The notes below the pieces were generated by a model, which saw nothing but the letters and a program-made list of their open reading frames with translations, had not been told where the DNA came from and searched no databases. The translations under genes were made by a program, and so were the position numbers. From Eledone cirrhosa (taxonomy: Eukaryota), in assembly GCA_964016885.1 (NCBI GenBank), contig OZ024740.1, positions 298,468,001-298,532,000 on the forward strand: a stretch of 64,000 bases of DNA, given 5' to 3'. Below are positions 23,395 through 37,087 of the stretch, in pieces; position 1 is the stretch's first letter, and the number at the start of each line of letters is the position of its first letter.

Positions 23395-24276
23395 TCTATA
23401 TATATAAAATTGAGGATGTCTGTATGTGTGTGTGTCTGAGTTTGAATCCCTAAAACTTGAGAAGTACTCAACCGATTTTTTTCAAACTTTACATGTGTAT
23501 TACTTATGTTTCAGGGAGTGTTGTGGACATAAATTCAACTTTTGAACCCCTAGGGTCCGGATTAGCTTTTTAGGGGTTTTTTGAGGCGTTACGTCAGACC
23601 GATTTCCTTGAAATTGTAACTATGTATTAGTCAGTCTCTTCTTCATACTGTGAGCAAAGAAAATCCCACTTTTTTATGGCCTATGCCCGCATTAGGTGAA
23701 AAACTTCAGCTTTTTAGGGCTCTTTTGAGGCGTTACGTCTAGCCGATTTTCCCGAAATTTCAAAGCGTATTATGCACATAAAAAAAATTCATTTTCTTGA
23801 TCCCCTAGAGCTCGCATTAGGTGAAAACCTGCATTTTTCCTGCTTCATCAAGAAAAATTTTAAAGATTATCCAGCCATTAGAGTATTCGGTTTATTTTCT
23901 TTACATGCCTCCACATCCTCCCACTGCAAGGTGGTCGTGGAGGTGCCACGGCAAAAAAGCACCCAGCCCACACTGTAAAGTGGACGTGTAGGCGCCACGG
24001 AAAAAGCACCCAGCACTCACTGTAAATGAGGTTGGTGTTAGGAAGGGCATCCAGCTGTAGAAATCAAGCCAAAATCAGTTTCTGTATGAGCAAGGCATGG
24101 TCAGCCGACCAGACACTACCCACAACAGGACAACCCGTCTAACCCATGCTAGCATGGAAGAACGGACGTAAAACGGTGATGATGATGATGACATATTGTC
24201 CAGGCATGCATTAGGTCTGTTGGCGGCTCACGTTCCAAAATACCTTATCCCGTGAAACGCCGGGTACCACTTCTAG
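23395..24276 (+). mobile_element. Non-autonomous Helitron with an RTE 3' end inserted (~23920-24190)
   Basis: Starts TCTATATATATAAAA; ends hairpin cccgtgaaacgccggg then taccactt-CTAG-T. Confidence 0.75.
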
Positions 24277-24392
24277 TTACTTTATAATTATTGAAAGTTG
24301 TAAATGTAATATGACTTGTTTGGACTCATTTGACCATTTTAGAGTGCAAAGAGCTAAACTAAACACTATGACTAAATTGACCAAATTTGCGC

Positions 24393-24424
<32 letters not shown>

Positions 24425-24479
24425 TCAGAAATGTTTCAACTGCCTTTGTATATGTATGCTTCAACTTCAGCCTGGAATC

Positions 24480-24813
24480 CAACTTCAGATCAGCAAATAA
24501 AGTATTCTGGCAGACAATCTGCCGACTTTGTAATAAGAAGTTCTCTTCCGTGCCTGCTATCAGGAATGCACCTGGAATTCTCTCTTCAGAGAAGTGCATC
24601 CCCATGAGATGGAGAGAATACTTTGCTAATCTCCAAAACCTGGTAACATCATCTTCTGATGTATATGAGGTGCATCTGGGAGCAATGACTAATCTCTCGG
24701 AAGCCGAGGTCACAAGAGCAATTAACTCACTACCATGCAGCATCGCGCATCTCACTATATACATACATATGTATATACATATATATATATATGTATATAC
24801 ATATATAATACAT

Positions 24814-24845
<32 letters not shown>

Positions 24846-25980
24846 AACAAGTCATTACACCTGATGGGATAGATCTGCCTCCTTCACTGTATTTGTCACC
24901 AAAACTATGTCGTCAGCAAATTCAGCATCTGATACCTTAACTCTCCTGCTCCGAGCCAGCGGTACAGTAAAGCCAATGCATGTCCCTGGAGCACTCCAGC
25001 CAATGCTATATGAATGCCCTAATATTTGTATTTGGATAGATGTTGCTAAATTGAAACCATTCAATATGGGTGTTGGACTCTGCCAAGGGTGCATATTGTT
25101 TTTCCTCTCCTGTTCATAATCTTCATGGAGACGGTTGACATGCACAGTTGGGTTGGAAGTGGTATTATAACTGGCGGGTATAGGACCAGTTAGCTGGAAT
25201 TTGCAGATGACATAGTACTATTTTAACTTGTCAGAAGTTGATCTCTGACATGTATTTGATAGTGCTGAGTGCTGCACGGCTGGGATGAAAATCAGTACTG
25301 CGAAGACTGAGACACTCGTCCTCTCAAGGAAGCCTACACAGTGCATTCTATATGTGAGTGAAGTTCCATTGAAGCAAGTAAAGTTCAAGTATCTCAGGGT
25401 TGTATTCACAAGTGATGGAAGGCAGGAGACTGAATTAAGTGGAAGGATTGCAGGAGATGGTGCAGTAATGTGCCAGCTTCAGCATTTGGTAATCAGAAGG
25501 ATGGTAGGTGTAAAAGGCAAATTTACTCCCTTCAATTTGGTATTCATGCCAACCCTTATCTAAGGTCATGAATCTTGGGTAATGACCAAAAGAATACAAT
25601 TGCTAATACAAGTAGCCGAATGGGAGTTCCTCTGAAGGGTCTTTGGAGTAACATTACTGAATAGAGTGCATAGCTTAGAGATCAGGGAGTCGCTCCACAT
25701 AGAGCTGCTTCTTCTCTGAATTGAGAGCTCACAGCTCTGGTACTATGACCATGTGGTTAGAATGTCTCAGGAAAGAATAGCTGGACAGATTTTATGTGCA
25801 AAACCAACTAGCAGATCCAGGGGTAGACATCAAGCAAAATAGCCATGAGTTTGGTTGGTCATACTTGGGGATCCAGCCAGATCAATTGGAGACAGTTGCT
25901 TCTGACAGGACTCACTGGAGGGTGTGCCTGAAGACTCTGCTCCCACAACCCTCCCTGGAATAAGTGGGTGAAGAAGAAGA
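24480..25980 (+). mobile_element. Decayed Rex3/Expander-like RTE LINE (3' fragments also at ~55590-55730 and ~60390-60785)
   Basis: RWREYFANL, GVGLCQGC, FADD, MKISTAKTETLVLSRK..FKYLRVVFTSDG, then ggaataagtgggt(gaa)n tail. Confidence 0.85.
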
Positions 25981-27849
25981 TAACTTACTTTGTATAGATG
26001 TTATGCTATACTGTTTGTTCTTATATTTTCTTTTTGAGTATCACTAACAATTGCCATTAGGTTTTTGTTTTCTTTCTCCAGCTAAAAGAGAAATCTCAAT
26101 TTCTCATTTACATGTTCCAGCTGATAAGCTGAGGCTATGCTGGTATTATAGTATTTTTACTACTGGACAGATTGATTTCTCTGAAAATTTTCAGTATTAG
26201 AGAAAAGACTAATTTTTCATGCAATGCTGTTTTGTACTTTTCAAGAATGTTTTGCTAATGCAGTTTCATGTACTGGAAGTTAAAAGTTAAACATGTGAAT
26301 TAATTTTGTGAGATGAATTCTTAATTTGCTAAAATTTCTTTTCATTGAGTCATTAACTTTTACTGCTATGTTTTTGTTTTCTCCAGATAAAAAGAAAATT
26401 TCTATTAGATTCTTATATAAGATGTTTTATCAATATTGAAAACCATCCATCCTTTCTATACATAACTTGTCTTCTTTTTGAAGATAACTTTTCAGTGAAT
26501 GTTATCTTTTCTTTATCAAGAAAACTTAATTTTTATTACTGTAGCAGATAGAGTGAACAGTTTTAGTTTTAATTGACAATACACTATTCACTGACATAAT
26601 TCCCCATTAGTATACATTGTAGGCAGAACTTGGACAATGTTGCTTGACCAGCTAGCTATCATAACCTCAAATCAGATCTTATTCTCTTAAACTCTTAACA
26701 TCTTGTACCACATAACACCACATTAGCAAGACAGTCTTCCAAAGTACAAAACAGCACTATCTATTCTTATACTACACATTTTCCCAATGAACTGTTCACC
26801 AGTAAAGTTACTATAAACATTTGAATTAACAAACCTGCTAAATCATTACAAGATGTTAAGGGATAAAGCATAAAGAACACATTAGATAATGTAGTTCTAG
26901 ATACTCATAAAAATATGGAATGCTGATGGATGGAATGCTTTTGATCATATGCCTGCTAAATTAGGGTTGACTTGGAGCTAAACAAATACATCAGCAACTG
27001 TACTGCCTATCAAGGTAACTTTTGTGTTTCTATGCAATATGAATATGGATATAAAACAAACCCTTTGGAATATGGATATAAAACAAACCCTTTGGAAAGA
27101 AAACAAATAGCGAAAAGGGACAAAGATGCCATTGAAAAAAGATAAATAAACAGAGGAAAGAATGTAAATGTGAAAAAGGTGATGAGGTGACAATTTGAGA
27201 ATCCCAATATGAATGAAATCAATTGGTATATGCTATGGAAGATACTCAGGCGTAGAATATTCAAAGAGAAATCAATACCTGGAAACAACAATTGGTTCAT
27301 GCTAATGAAGTCACTGCTGAAAGAATTGCTCAAAGACTAACTTTTACAAATACAATGGCACAATTTTGAAGAAATATGCATTAAAGAAGAGAAAATCTGT
27401 TTGCCGGAGTAGCAGTGAAATCATCTTCCTATCATCCTATCCTTGATACTTCCATGAAGTTGATGAGGAATCAAAAAAACCTGAAAGCTATACTAAAGAT
27501 GGTTTTCTACAAGTGGGCAGACATCAATTATGAATGAATTTGTTTTAATGTTAAGCATGTCTCTAAATTGAAGAGCTGAAGAGTGGCTCAACTATACAAA
27601 ATCTGAAGTCTCACTATTATTGTGCAAATGGAATATTCAAGCTGCTTTGAATTATTAGAATTCCAGCATTAGTGAATTTGACCCCAATCCACTCTGAATT
27701 TTATCAAAAAACATTTGTAGTTACACTACAGTATTAAATTTTACTTCAAATGGGGAAAACTGTTATTGAGAGCTAGCTTCTAACAGAATAATACATTTTT
27801 TTCTGATCAACAAATACACATTAAGCCCCATTTCAGTGAACAGAGCCTG

Positions 27850-30800
27850 ATAATTCTACAGAGAATGTATAAGTGGAGTGAATATTTAAACATTTACATA
27901 CCATATATCATATCACTTAACATTTGTGACCTAAATAGCTATATTTGTAGGTGTGTTGTGCTTCCATCTTCTTTCATTGAGAGACCTAGGTTTTACAAAC
28001 AACATTTTCACAACGTAACAAACATTGTTCACCACTATACTACCCCAGATCATCTGTTCATTACTTTAACATGTACTTCAAATTGGTTTGAAATTTTTGC
28101 TCAGCTTGTGGTGTATTAAAAACTGAAAGATCATTTAGATTGATTTTCAAAGTGTTCTATTTGAAGCTGAAGGTGTCTCTCACATGCATCATCATCATCA
28201 TCATCATCATCATCTATTTTTTCACTCTTGCAAGGCTTAGATGGGTTGTCATGCTATGAAACAAGTCAGGTTATGCGACCACATCTTGCTCATATGGATC
28301 TGTATTTTGGCTTCGTTTCTAAGGTTGGATACTCTTCTTAACACCAACCACATTACAGTGTGGATTGGGTGCTTTTTATCATGGCACCAAAATGACGATC
28401 CAACAGGGTGGACTGGATGTTTTTTTGTCATGTCACCAGCACGACTACCTTAGAGGGTGGACTGGGTGCTTTTAAAACATTTTTTTTTCAAGTTCAGGAA
28501 CAACAAAAACCTTTCACTGCAGATGATTTCAATATTTGTTTCTCCAGAATTTATACAAAATGATCTGTGACTGTTGGAAACTACTTGAAGTAGGATTAAT
28601 GGAGTCCTTGCAAATATTACTGTCTCATAGGAAATACTATTAGCAAGATAAATGTACAAAAAGGTACCCAAAAGATTACCAGCAGCAAAACTTAGAGGGA
28701 ATCACTGGTTACCCACTACATCAACACAGACCTGGTATACAGCTAGTGAAGAATGATTTCACACATGATCATCGATATATTGTACTATACAATTTTTGGA
28801 TCAGCAAAATATAAACTGTGCACATGGATTTTGAAATATTTCATCAATTGTGTCCTTAACATATATCTACAAGTATGCCCAGATAGAATCACTGCTGAGT
28901 TACAGAATAACAATATTGAACGAGAGGAGTTATGTATATTAATTAATTTCAATACAGTTATTTCTAACATCCTTCTGTTATGCAATTAGCAATTCATTGT
29001 GAAAAAGAATAATGGATATTAATTGAGAATAGTGGAAATGGGCAATGATGTGCATTGGATAGAAATCTTGAGACAACTGACACCCAGTAGTTTAATGCAA
29101 TCATTTAGATGGATGTGTTAAAGCTGTATTTTATGTCAATATCTCATAACACAATCATCATCCATCATCCTTTTTACACCTGCATTTCCATGCCTGCATG
29201 GGTTGGATGGGTCTTTTCTGGCACAGCTTCCCTCCACACATTCTTTTTATCATCTCCTCTGTGAGGTTTAGTGTTTTGAGCTCAATCTCACCACTTCTGC
29301 CTAAATTTTTCTTGCTTCCTTCCACTTAGAAATCCTAGCACTTCTTCACCAAATGATCATCATCCATATGCATCACATGGCTGTACCAGCACAGTCTTCT
29401 CTCTTACACACTGCATTTGATACCTTTTATACTTAATTTCTCTCTCAGTATATCCATGCTCCACCAGTCATGCACATTGTTACACATCCATTAGAGCATG
29501 CTTGCTTTATTTATCTTCAGCTTACATGTGCTCTGCATTTACTGCCCATGTTTCTCTTTCATGCAGCATCGCACTTCACACATAATGTTTGAAATAAATT
29601 CATGAAAAATATGTAAAGAAAATGTGGTTTTTCAGTTGAAAGAATCTATTTTGTCAACCCTTGAGATTCTGAAAGTATCTACATGATTTTGTTACACAAA
29701 TCTAAAGCATACTCAATTCAGAAGCTGAAAAATGCTGGTGGATAGTAATGTCAAGTATACAAAGAAGCAGCTTTAAGGATGGTTCTAACTGAGTTTGATG
29801 ATCAACTTTATAGACAATGATGCCTTTGAATTTGGAACCTGTCCTGTGCCTCAAATGTGAGATCTATTTATTTTAATATTGCTGTTTTAGGAAATCTCAT
29901 ATCAGAATATCATCAACTGAAACATTCTAAGAGTTAGGATGAACATTTAGAGAGATCTGTTATTACTGATTTCCAAACTTCTCAAAAATGGAACAGTCCT
30001 TTATCAGTTCATCCCAGAGTTGACTGTATCAAATACATCAGAATATTTTGAGTCACTTCCTGGCATTATCAACAATCTACAGAGAACTGAAGCAAATAAT
30101 AATAATTTCTACTTTAGGCACAAGGCCAGCAATTTGAAGGGGAGGAGAAAGTCGATTCAATTGACCTCAGTACTCACTGGTGCTTTATTTTATCGACCCT
30201 GTGAGGATGAAAGGCAAAACTAACCTTGGTGGCAAAGTGAACTCAGAACATAAAGGACTGTAACTCTCTGCTGCGAAGCATGGTGTCTGACGCTCTACCG
30301 ATACTGCCAAACCATTGCCCTACTGAAGCAAATAATAATAAAAAAACAAAACAGAGCATTTAATGAAAAGTAACGCACATACTTTTGACATCTTACTGGC
30401 TGCTATATAAAGTAACAACCCAGGTTCAAATATTTTCTTTCCTGCTTCTGGCAGCTTAAGAAAGAGATATTTCAACCAAATACTTATTGAGTATACTGAA
30501 GCATTTTTGGACCAACTAATTCCTGTTGATGCATTTATTGGACTGGTTGCTTTCTTCTACACAAATGGTTTTGCAGCTTATTTAACTTTCCACATTCTAA
30601 TATCCATTGACGTGAATTCTGTTTGCAGTATTCATGTCAACAGCAAACTGGCAAACATAATTCATGACTGATTTTATGCATTGAGATGAACCACCATAAA
30701 TGTCAAGCTATGTGTATGAAGCTGATTGTTTGTACATTTTGAGATCATTTACAAAATGATTTACCTTTTGGTGGCATGGTCACTGTGTTTCTAAGTGATT

Positions 30801-31200
30801 TTCAACAAATACTTCCTATCTTAAAGATAGCTGGCAGAGCTAATATCATGAACATAGTTATGTCTCTCTCCTCACTTTGAATAATGAATCTGAAACTTAC
30901 TATAAATGACTACAGAATAAAGAAGACCATAACTTGACTGATTATTTGCTTCATGTTGGTGATAAGAGATGACAGCCAGACTCTGATGACAAGATTGAGT
31001 TTGATAATGAGACATAAGTACTGTGCCGTGTGGACCCCCATTTTCACATAATAGTGAGAGATGGGAAGAGCTGTTTGGCTGGCATATATGTGTATATTTC
31101 ACAGACAATGTTGAATGCACAGCTATGAAAGCAAGGAAAAACATGAGGTGAGCATGCACTATTGATATTGAATATGTTATATTAGCTTGAATGTCAAAGC
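27850..31200 (+). pseudogene. Fossil autonomous Helitron Rep-PIF1 helicase ORF, interrupted by SINE/RTE inserts
   Basis: LPSSFIERPRFYKQHF..PDHLFITLTCTSNWFEI (Rep), FKVFYLKLK, TYIYKY..PDRITA, KEAALRM, DLPFGGMVTVFLSDFQQILPI (PIF1) in correct order with many stops/frameshifts; may extend upstream to ~27000. Confidence 0.85.
29155..29585 (-). mobile_element. Old RTE 3' fragment (similar fragments ~36940-37087 plus 41478-41515 -, ~44530-44930 +, ~49270-49870 -)
   Basis: Colinear nucleotide similarity to the RT C-terminus of the young RTE copies. Confidence 0.7.
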
Positions 31201-31527
31201 ACAAATGTACTGAAGTGACATGTGATCATCATCATCTTTCTCATCATCATCATCATTTAATGTCCATTTTTCCATGCTAGCATGAGTAAGACGAGTTGTC
31301 CAGATGTGAGCCAAGCCAGAGCAGATGACTGTCTCCAGCTCAATGATAGTTGGGTGAAAAAGTTTCATGCAATTTTAGTGGAAGAAAATTTCAAAAAGGG
31401 AAGAAGTAATGAGAGCTGATTTCAAGCTGTTGAATTTCATATAGAAAATGGTGAAAGGTTGTGATGATTCGAAATATGCTATGTTAAATTGGACACAATC
31501 AATTCATGCTAGCATGGAAAAATAGAT

Positions 31528-31750
31528 TTAACCCTTTAGCATTACTCTATATTTACTATTGTATTTTCATGGTAAACACTTTATTTCACATAATAATTTC
31601 ACATAATATTGAATCTATGTGATTTTGATATTATTTATTTTGAGAACAATACCTTAACATAAGTATGAGCAGCCAGTTATTGCCGGTTTGAACAGAAGGA
31701 GGTGTGAGAATTTTGGTTGGATACAGCTGGTTTAAATGCTAAAGGGTTAA
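31528..31750 (+). mobile_element. piggyBac-type MITE, complete
   Basis: TTAA|CCCTTTAGCATT...AATGCTAAAGGG|TTAA: perfect 12-bp TIR and TTAA TSD. Confidence 0.9.
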
Positions 31751-31787
31751 AAATGATAATCTGTGTGTGTTTGAGAACATGTAACTC

Positions 31788-33692
31788 TTAATCCTTTTGA
31801 TACCAACCTGTCCAAAACCAGCTCTGGTTCTATGAAACAAAACCATTCATTTTAAAGAGTTCTATCGGCATTAAAATCTTCCAACATAATTTGATATAAG
31901 AACCATTTATTACCTTAATTACCATATATTACCATATAAGTACCTAGCTAAAGGTAAACCCCTCTACTTAGCTTTTGTCGACTTGGAGAAAGCCTTCGAC
32001 AGAGTCCCCCGCTCCATTATCTGGTGGGCTCTTAGAAAACTAGGCGTTGACGAATGGCTTGTGAGGGCTATACAAGCCATGTATAAAGAAACAGTCAGCA
32101 AGGTTAGAATTAACAACGAATATAGTGAAGAGTTTAGCGTAAAAGTTGGCGTCCATCAGGGCTCCGTTCTCAGCCCCCTACTATTTATTATTGCCCTTCA
32201 GGCTATAACAGAGGAGTTCAAGACCGGCTGCCCATGGGAACTCCTATACGCAGACGACCTGACACTCATAGCGAAATCAATGGCCGAGCTAGAGAAGAAA
32301 TTCCAAACATGGAAGCACGGCCTAGAGTCAAAAGGACTTAAAATTAACCTGGCTAAGACTAAAGTTCTAGTTTGTAGGAAAGAAAACAAGGCGGCGGTCC
32401 CTTCTGGGAAATGGTCGTGCTCGGTGTGTAGGAAAGGCGTAGGTAGAAACTCCATTTTATGTCCTAAATGCAAAGTATGGGTGCATAAAAGATGTAGTGG
32501 GATCACAGGTAAGCTAACTAAGAACATAGATTTTACATGTGGCCGGTGTTCTGGTGCAATAAGTAGCAGCAAGTGCCCACAAAATACTAGCTCTTTCAAT
32601 TGCGCAGAGGGTTCTATAGAAATAGTGGACAGCTTCCGTTACCTGGGCGATAAAATCAGCAGTGGGGGAGGGTGCTCTGAAAGTACAGTAGCTAGAGTCA
32701 GAACTGGTTGGAAAAAGTTCAGAGAGCTTATACCACTATTAGCTGCTAAAGGGTTCTCCCTAAAAATGAAAGGCAGGTTGTACGATGCCTGCATACGAAC
32801 AGCAATGTTGCATGGCAGTGAGACCTGGGCATTGTGTGCAGAGGATATACGCAGACTAGAGAGGAACGAAGCTTGCATGCTCTGCTGGATGTGTAACAGT
32901 AATATACGTGAACGGCAAAGCATAAACGAACTAAGGAAAAAATTAGAGATAAGAGGGATCAGATGTTGTTTACTCGAGAGAAGGCTACGTTGGTATGGAC
33001 ACGTGATGCGCATGAAAGTCGATAGCTGTATAACAAAGTGCAGGGCAATAAAGATAGACGGTAGCCACGGAATAGGCAGACCTAAAAAAATCTGGGACGA
33101 GCTGATAAACTCCGACCTCACACACTTACACCTCTCCAAGACAATGTCACTGGACCGAGACCTTTGGCGGTACTCAGTAACAGAGAAGACCCGCCTTACC
33201 TAAATACATAGTAAAACCTACTCCAGCCAGTAGGCATCTCTAACAAAATACACCCCGTCCCACCACCACCACCACCCCCACCCCATCCACACCACCCCGT
33301 TCTATGTAAAGTTATGTTGGTGCCGCGCCATCCAGGCCGAAACAAATGAGATCGTGTAGGTGTCACGACAAAAAACACACAGTCCACGCTGTAATGTGGC
33401 CGTGTAGGCAACACGGTAAAAACCTCCCAGACCCACACTGTAAATGTGGTTGGTGTTAGGAAGGGCATGCAACTGTAGAAAACCCGCCAGACAGTCCTAT
33501 GCAAGCAAGACAATCACTCTTGCCTCAAGTGGGACTACCCCCGTCCAAACCCATGCAAGCGTGGAACACAGACGTTAAACGTTGATGATGATTATCTAAA
33601 TGAAATAATAATTTTAGTAAATCCTTCAAATTCTTCATTAATTAATTGAAATATAGTGTATTTCATAAGAAATATGGTAATGAAAAGGTTAA
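31788..33692. mobile_element. piggyBac-type MITE family 2 split by an RTE insertion
   Basis: Left half ttaatccttttgataccaacc (31788-~31937) and right half ...aatatggtaatgaaaaggttaa (33593-33692) reconstitute the element seen at 56705-56940. Confidence 0.75.
31938..33592 (+). mobile_element. RTE-clade LINE, 5'-truncated
   Basis: ORF 31983..33203 nearly identical to 18363..19757; same 3' UTR and (GAT)n tail. Confidence 0.95.
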
Positions 33693-36600
33693 GTATGTAC
33701 CACAAACACATATTTCACTGGTGTAAGCAATGACAGTACCATCATTTTAATGAGTTTTGTGAGCTTGCAGTGTTGAGTCCTAGCCTTCCTGTGAGTATAG
33801 CCTGGAGAAGACACTGGACAACTATTCTTCCTTGAGTACACAAAGATTAGGGTTTTATGACAAAATATACAGTGCTATTCACCACCCCACACTCTCAATA
33901 ATGGAAAAATGTTGCAATAATGAAAAAATGTGAAGTAGAATGAGGAAGGTGTTAGCTTCTTGATCAATAATTCAGGACTATGAGTCCTACTATTAGTGTT
34001 TTACTGTACTTTGAACAAGGGTCTCAGACCTTTTTTCTTCCTTCTCATCTAACTGTAGGACACGTAAGCAAAACAGGATAACTTTATGTTGTTTTGCTGA
34101 ATTAATTTGGAAATTAGTGTGGCTTTGTGGTTCATAGTGCTGTGAATAAATCTTTTTGAATAGAAATGATAAGAAAAAGGAAGAAAGAGAGAAATAGACA
34201 TTAACTTGTGTTTGATGTTTATGGTAGTGATGAAAGTATAAAGAGATAAAAAATTCTTTGCATATGTGTAAACTATGAAAAAATAAAATGTCAAAGAAAA
34301 TTGCCTGAAAACATGAAATTAGCGCTATTCTTGCAATGTTTTCTCCTTTTGGCAATATCTTTTGAATACTGTACCAGCTTTATATAGAATTAAATTCATT
34401 GTCGCTGCCATCATCATCATCATCATCATGTTTCAACAGTACATCTTCTATTTTAGTGTCTATTTTTTTTTTCATGTTGGCATGGGTTAGAAAGGTCTGC
34501 TGGACCATATTTGGCACAACTTCAAATGTATATAATATTGGCACACATTGTGTTGGTACTGATTGACTGAAGTGTAGAGGGAATCTTTCCCCTATCCACC
34601 CTGCTATTAGGGCAGGTGTAATTAGAGCAAATATTAAAGAGTTTCATGCTGTTCTTATTTGGTCAACTTCATATTCAGATAACTTAGAAACTAATTGCTG
34701 TAGTTAGAATAGTTTAAGTACTTCTTAGTTTTAATCAAATTACCAAAAGATCATCTGTCTATTTGAAAGTAGAAAACAGCAAAACAATAGGTATTTACGT
34801 CCTCATCATCATCATTTCATTTTACGTCCGCTTTTCCCCTGCTTGCAAGGGTGTATTTATAAAATCCTATTTTAAGTGTAAATATGTAGGCTAGAACTTA
34901 AAGCCATTTTAGATACTCTATTTAGCGGAGACTGTGGCTATAAGTTTAGAGTATCGGACTACTGGCCACCACATGTCCATAAGCTCAGACCTTTCTTTAG
35001 CAATTATTAGATTATGGTCATAGTGAAGACATTATTACTTTGCATATCTGAGTGTATGCATATTTCATGGTGAGTGATTAGTATGTGAAGAACATTAAGC
35101 TGTAAAATGTAATTTTCTCCAGCAATTTGCAAATGTTTAAATTTGCAATAGAAAAAAAACAATAACATATAATAATTGTTTCTACTTTAGGCACAAGGCC
35201 AGCAATTATCCTAGTGTATTACTGGTACTTTATTTTATCGACCCCCGTAAGGATGAAAGGCAAAGTTAACCTCGGCGGGATTTGAACTCAGATCATACCA
35301 TATAATAATGAATGAATAAATGCAAAGTAAAACGGGATTTGAACTCAGACAATAACATATAATAATTGTTTCTACTTTTGACACAAGGCCAGTGTATTAC
35401 CCAGTGTATTACTGGTACTTTATTTTATCGATCCCATAAGGATGATATTTTATCGACCCCATCTAATAATGAATGAATAAATGCAAAGTAAAACTTTCTA
35501 CACTTGCTCCCAGGAAAATAAGTCATCACACTACTAATCTGAATCTTTAAAATCTTATTTTCTATAATGTTACATTGTCCTTAGGGAACCAATATCATCT
35601 ATGTGTAATAGGCTTTAGTTAACCCAGCTGATAAGAAATGTCATTCTTACTTAATGCTTGAAAGGTTTGCATCAGAAAGTATTAAAGCTCTGAGCAATTC
35701 TTGCAAGTATCAAAAATATTCAAAGAAAATGTGAAATAATGTATGTCAAATGTTTATAAAGTGCCATCAATTTTATTCAAATATATATCCATTAATTATA
35801 CAAATGTTTGACCTGTTTGCCAGTGCTGTTACTTAATTTGGGTGAGTTAATTATTTCTGTAGATGAAATCAGTGATAGCATTGTACCTCAGGTTCCAAGA
35901 ATATAGAAGTTGTTGTGGATCACAAATGAATTTGCAAATTGAACTTTCTATAGAAAGTTCTCTATTGTGTTTTGGTAGTGAAAAATTAACTTGAAAACAG
36001 TACTGTATTGGGGAAGATCAGGGTGATCTTATAAAGAAACAGTAAGGGGAGACCTGGACAATTTTCAACCTAACTAAAGAGATAAGACAGTATTGAGACA
36101 TTTGGAAGGATAAGGTATAGCAAAACCATCCAACCCATACCGGTATGGAAAAATGTAATAGTGGTGGTGATGTTTAAATGTATAATTAAGATTAATGTAA
36201 CTGTCTGTTACGAAACTAGTGTAATTCAGCATTATCAGCTATTACAGATTTTGTTCTTTTTGTATTCTTGAATCTTTTAATCTGAGAAGAGTTGGATTTA
36301 AAGTTAGTGTATGTCTTTGGAAGAAATCTATTCTTAAATATCTGCTTCGTTCTAAAGACTTTCATATTTCTAAAGCGGAAACCATTCTTTACAAGTAAGA
36401 TTCGACTTGAAACGACAGTTTACTAAATTAGCTGCCAAGACAAGACAAATCTTTTTCTTTTCCATTCTTCCATTATAACTGAAAATAAATTAATCTAATC
36501 CATGCCTGGATTTTCTCCTCATGGATTTAAGTTTCACAAGTACTCATTGTAAATTGATGTTTGTTTTGCTTAATGTATCTAATGGAATCTCTAAAGTAGA

Positions 36601-37087
36601 GTCAAATTTAGTGCTATCAACTGCCAACTAGAACAGTTTATATAGTGGCTCATCAAATATAAGTACTTTACATTTTCATTTGTTACTTTAAATATCAAAT
36701 CCTTTTATTGTTGGGTAGTTTCACTTATAGTAGAGTTTTAACCCCTTTGTTACCATATTTAACACTGCATTTGATTTTTTAATACTTTTTCCAAATAATT
36801 GTGAATTTGAAGGGGTTTAGTGAAATAATTAACTTTTTAGTTATTAAACTGATGTTGGGAACAGAACTGTATAAAGGTACTTAAATAAAATTATGTTGGA
36901 AGGTTTTTAGATAAATATAAAGTTTTAAAATAAATCTAATCCATCATTGTTCATGCACATCACATGTCTGGACTAATGCAGTTTTCTTTCCTGCACACCA
37001 CATCGGATTCTTCTTAAACCTAGTTTCTCCCTCAGTTCATTCAAACTCTGCCTTTCTCACATTTACATTGCACATCCAATGGAGCAT

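Noticed and set aside
24392-24421. Poly-Pro/Gly ORFs over a C30 run
   Set aside because: Homopolymer tract, not coding
26060-26400. Strong-looking splice acceptors (tttctctccag, gttttctccag)
   Set aside because: Downstream frames do not encode the expected PNPT1 sequence and lack matching donors
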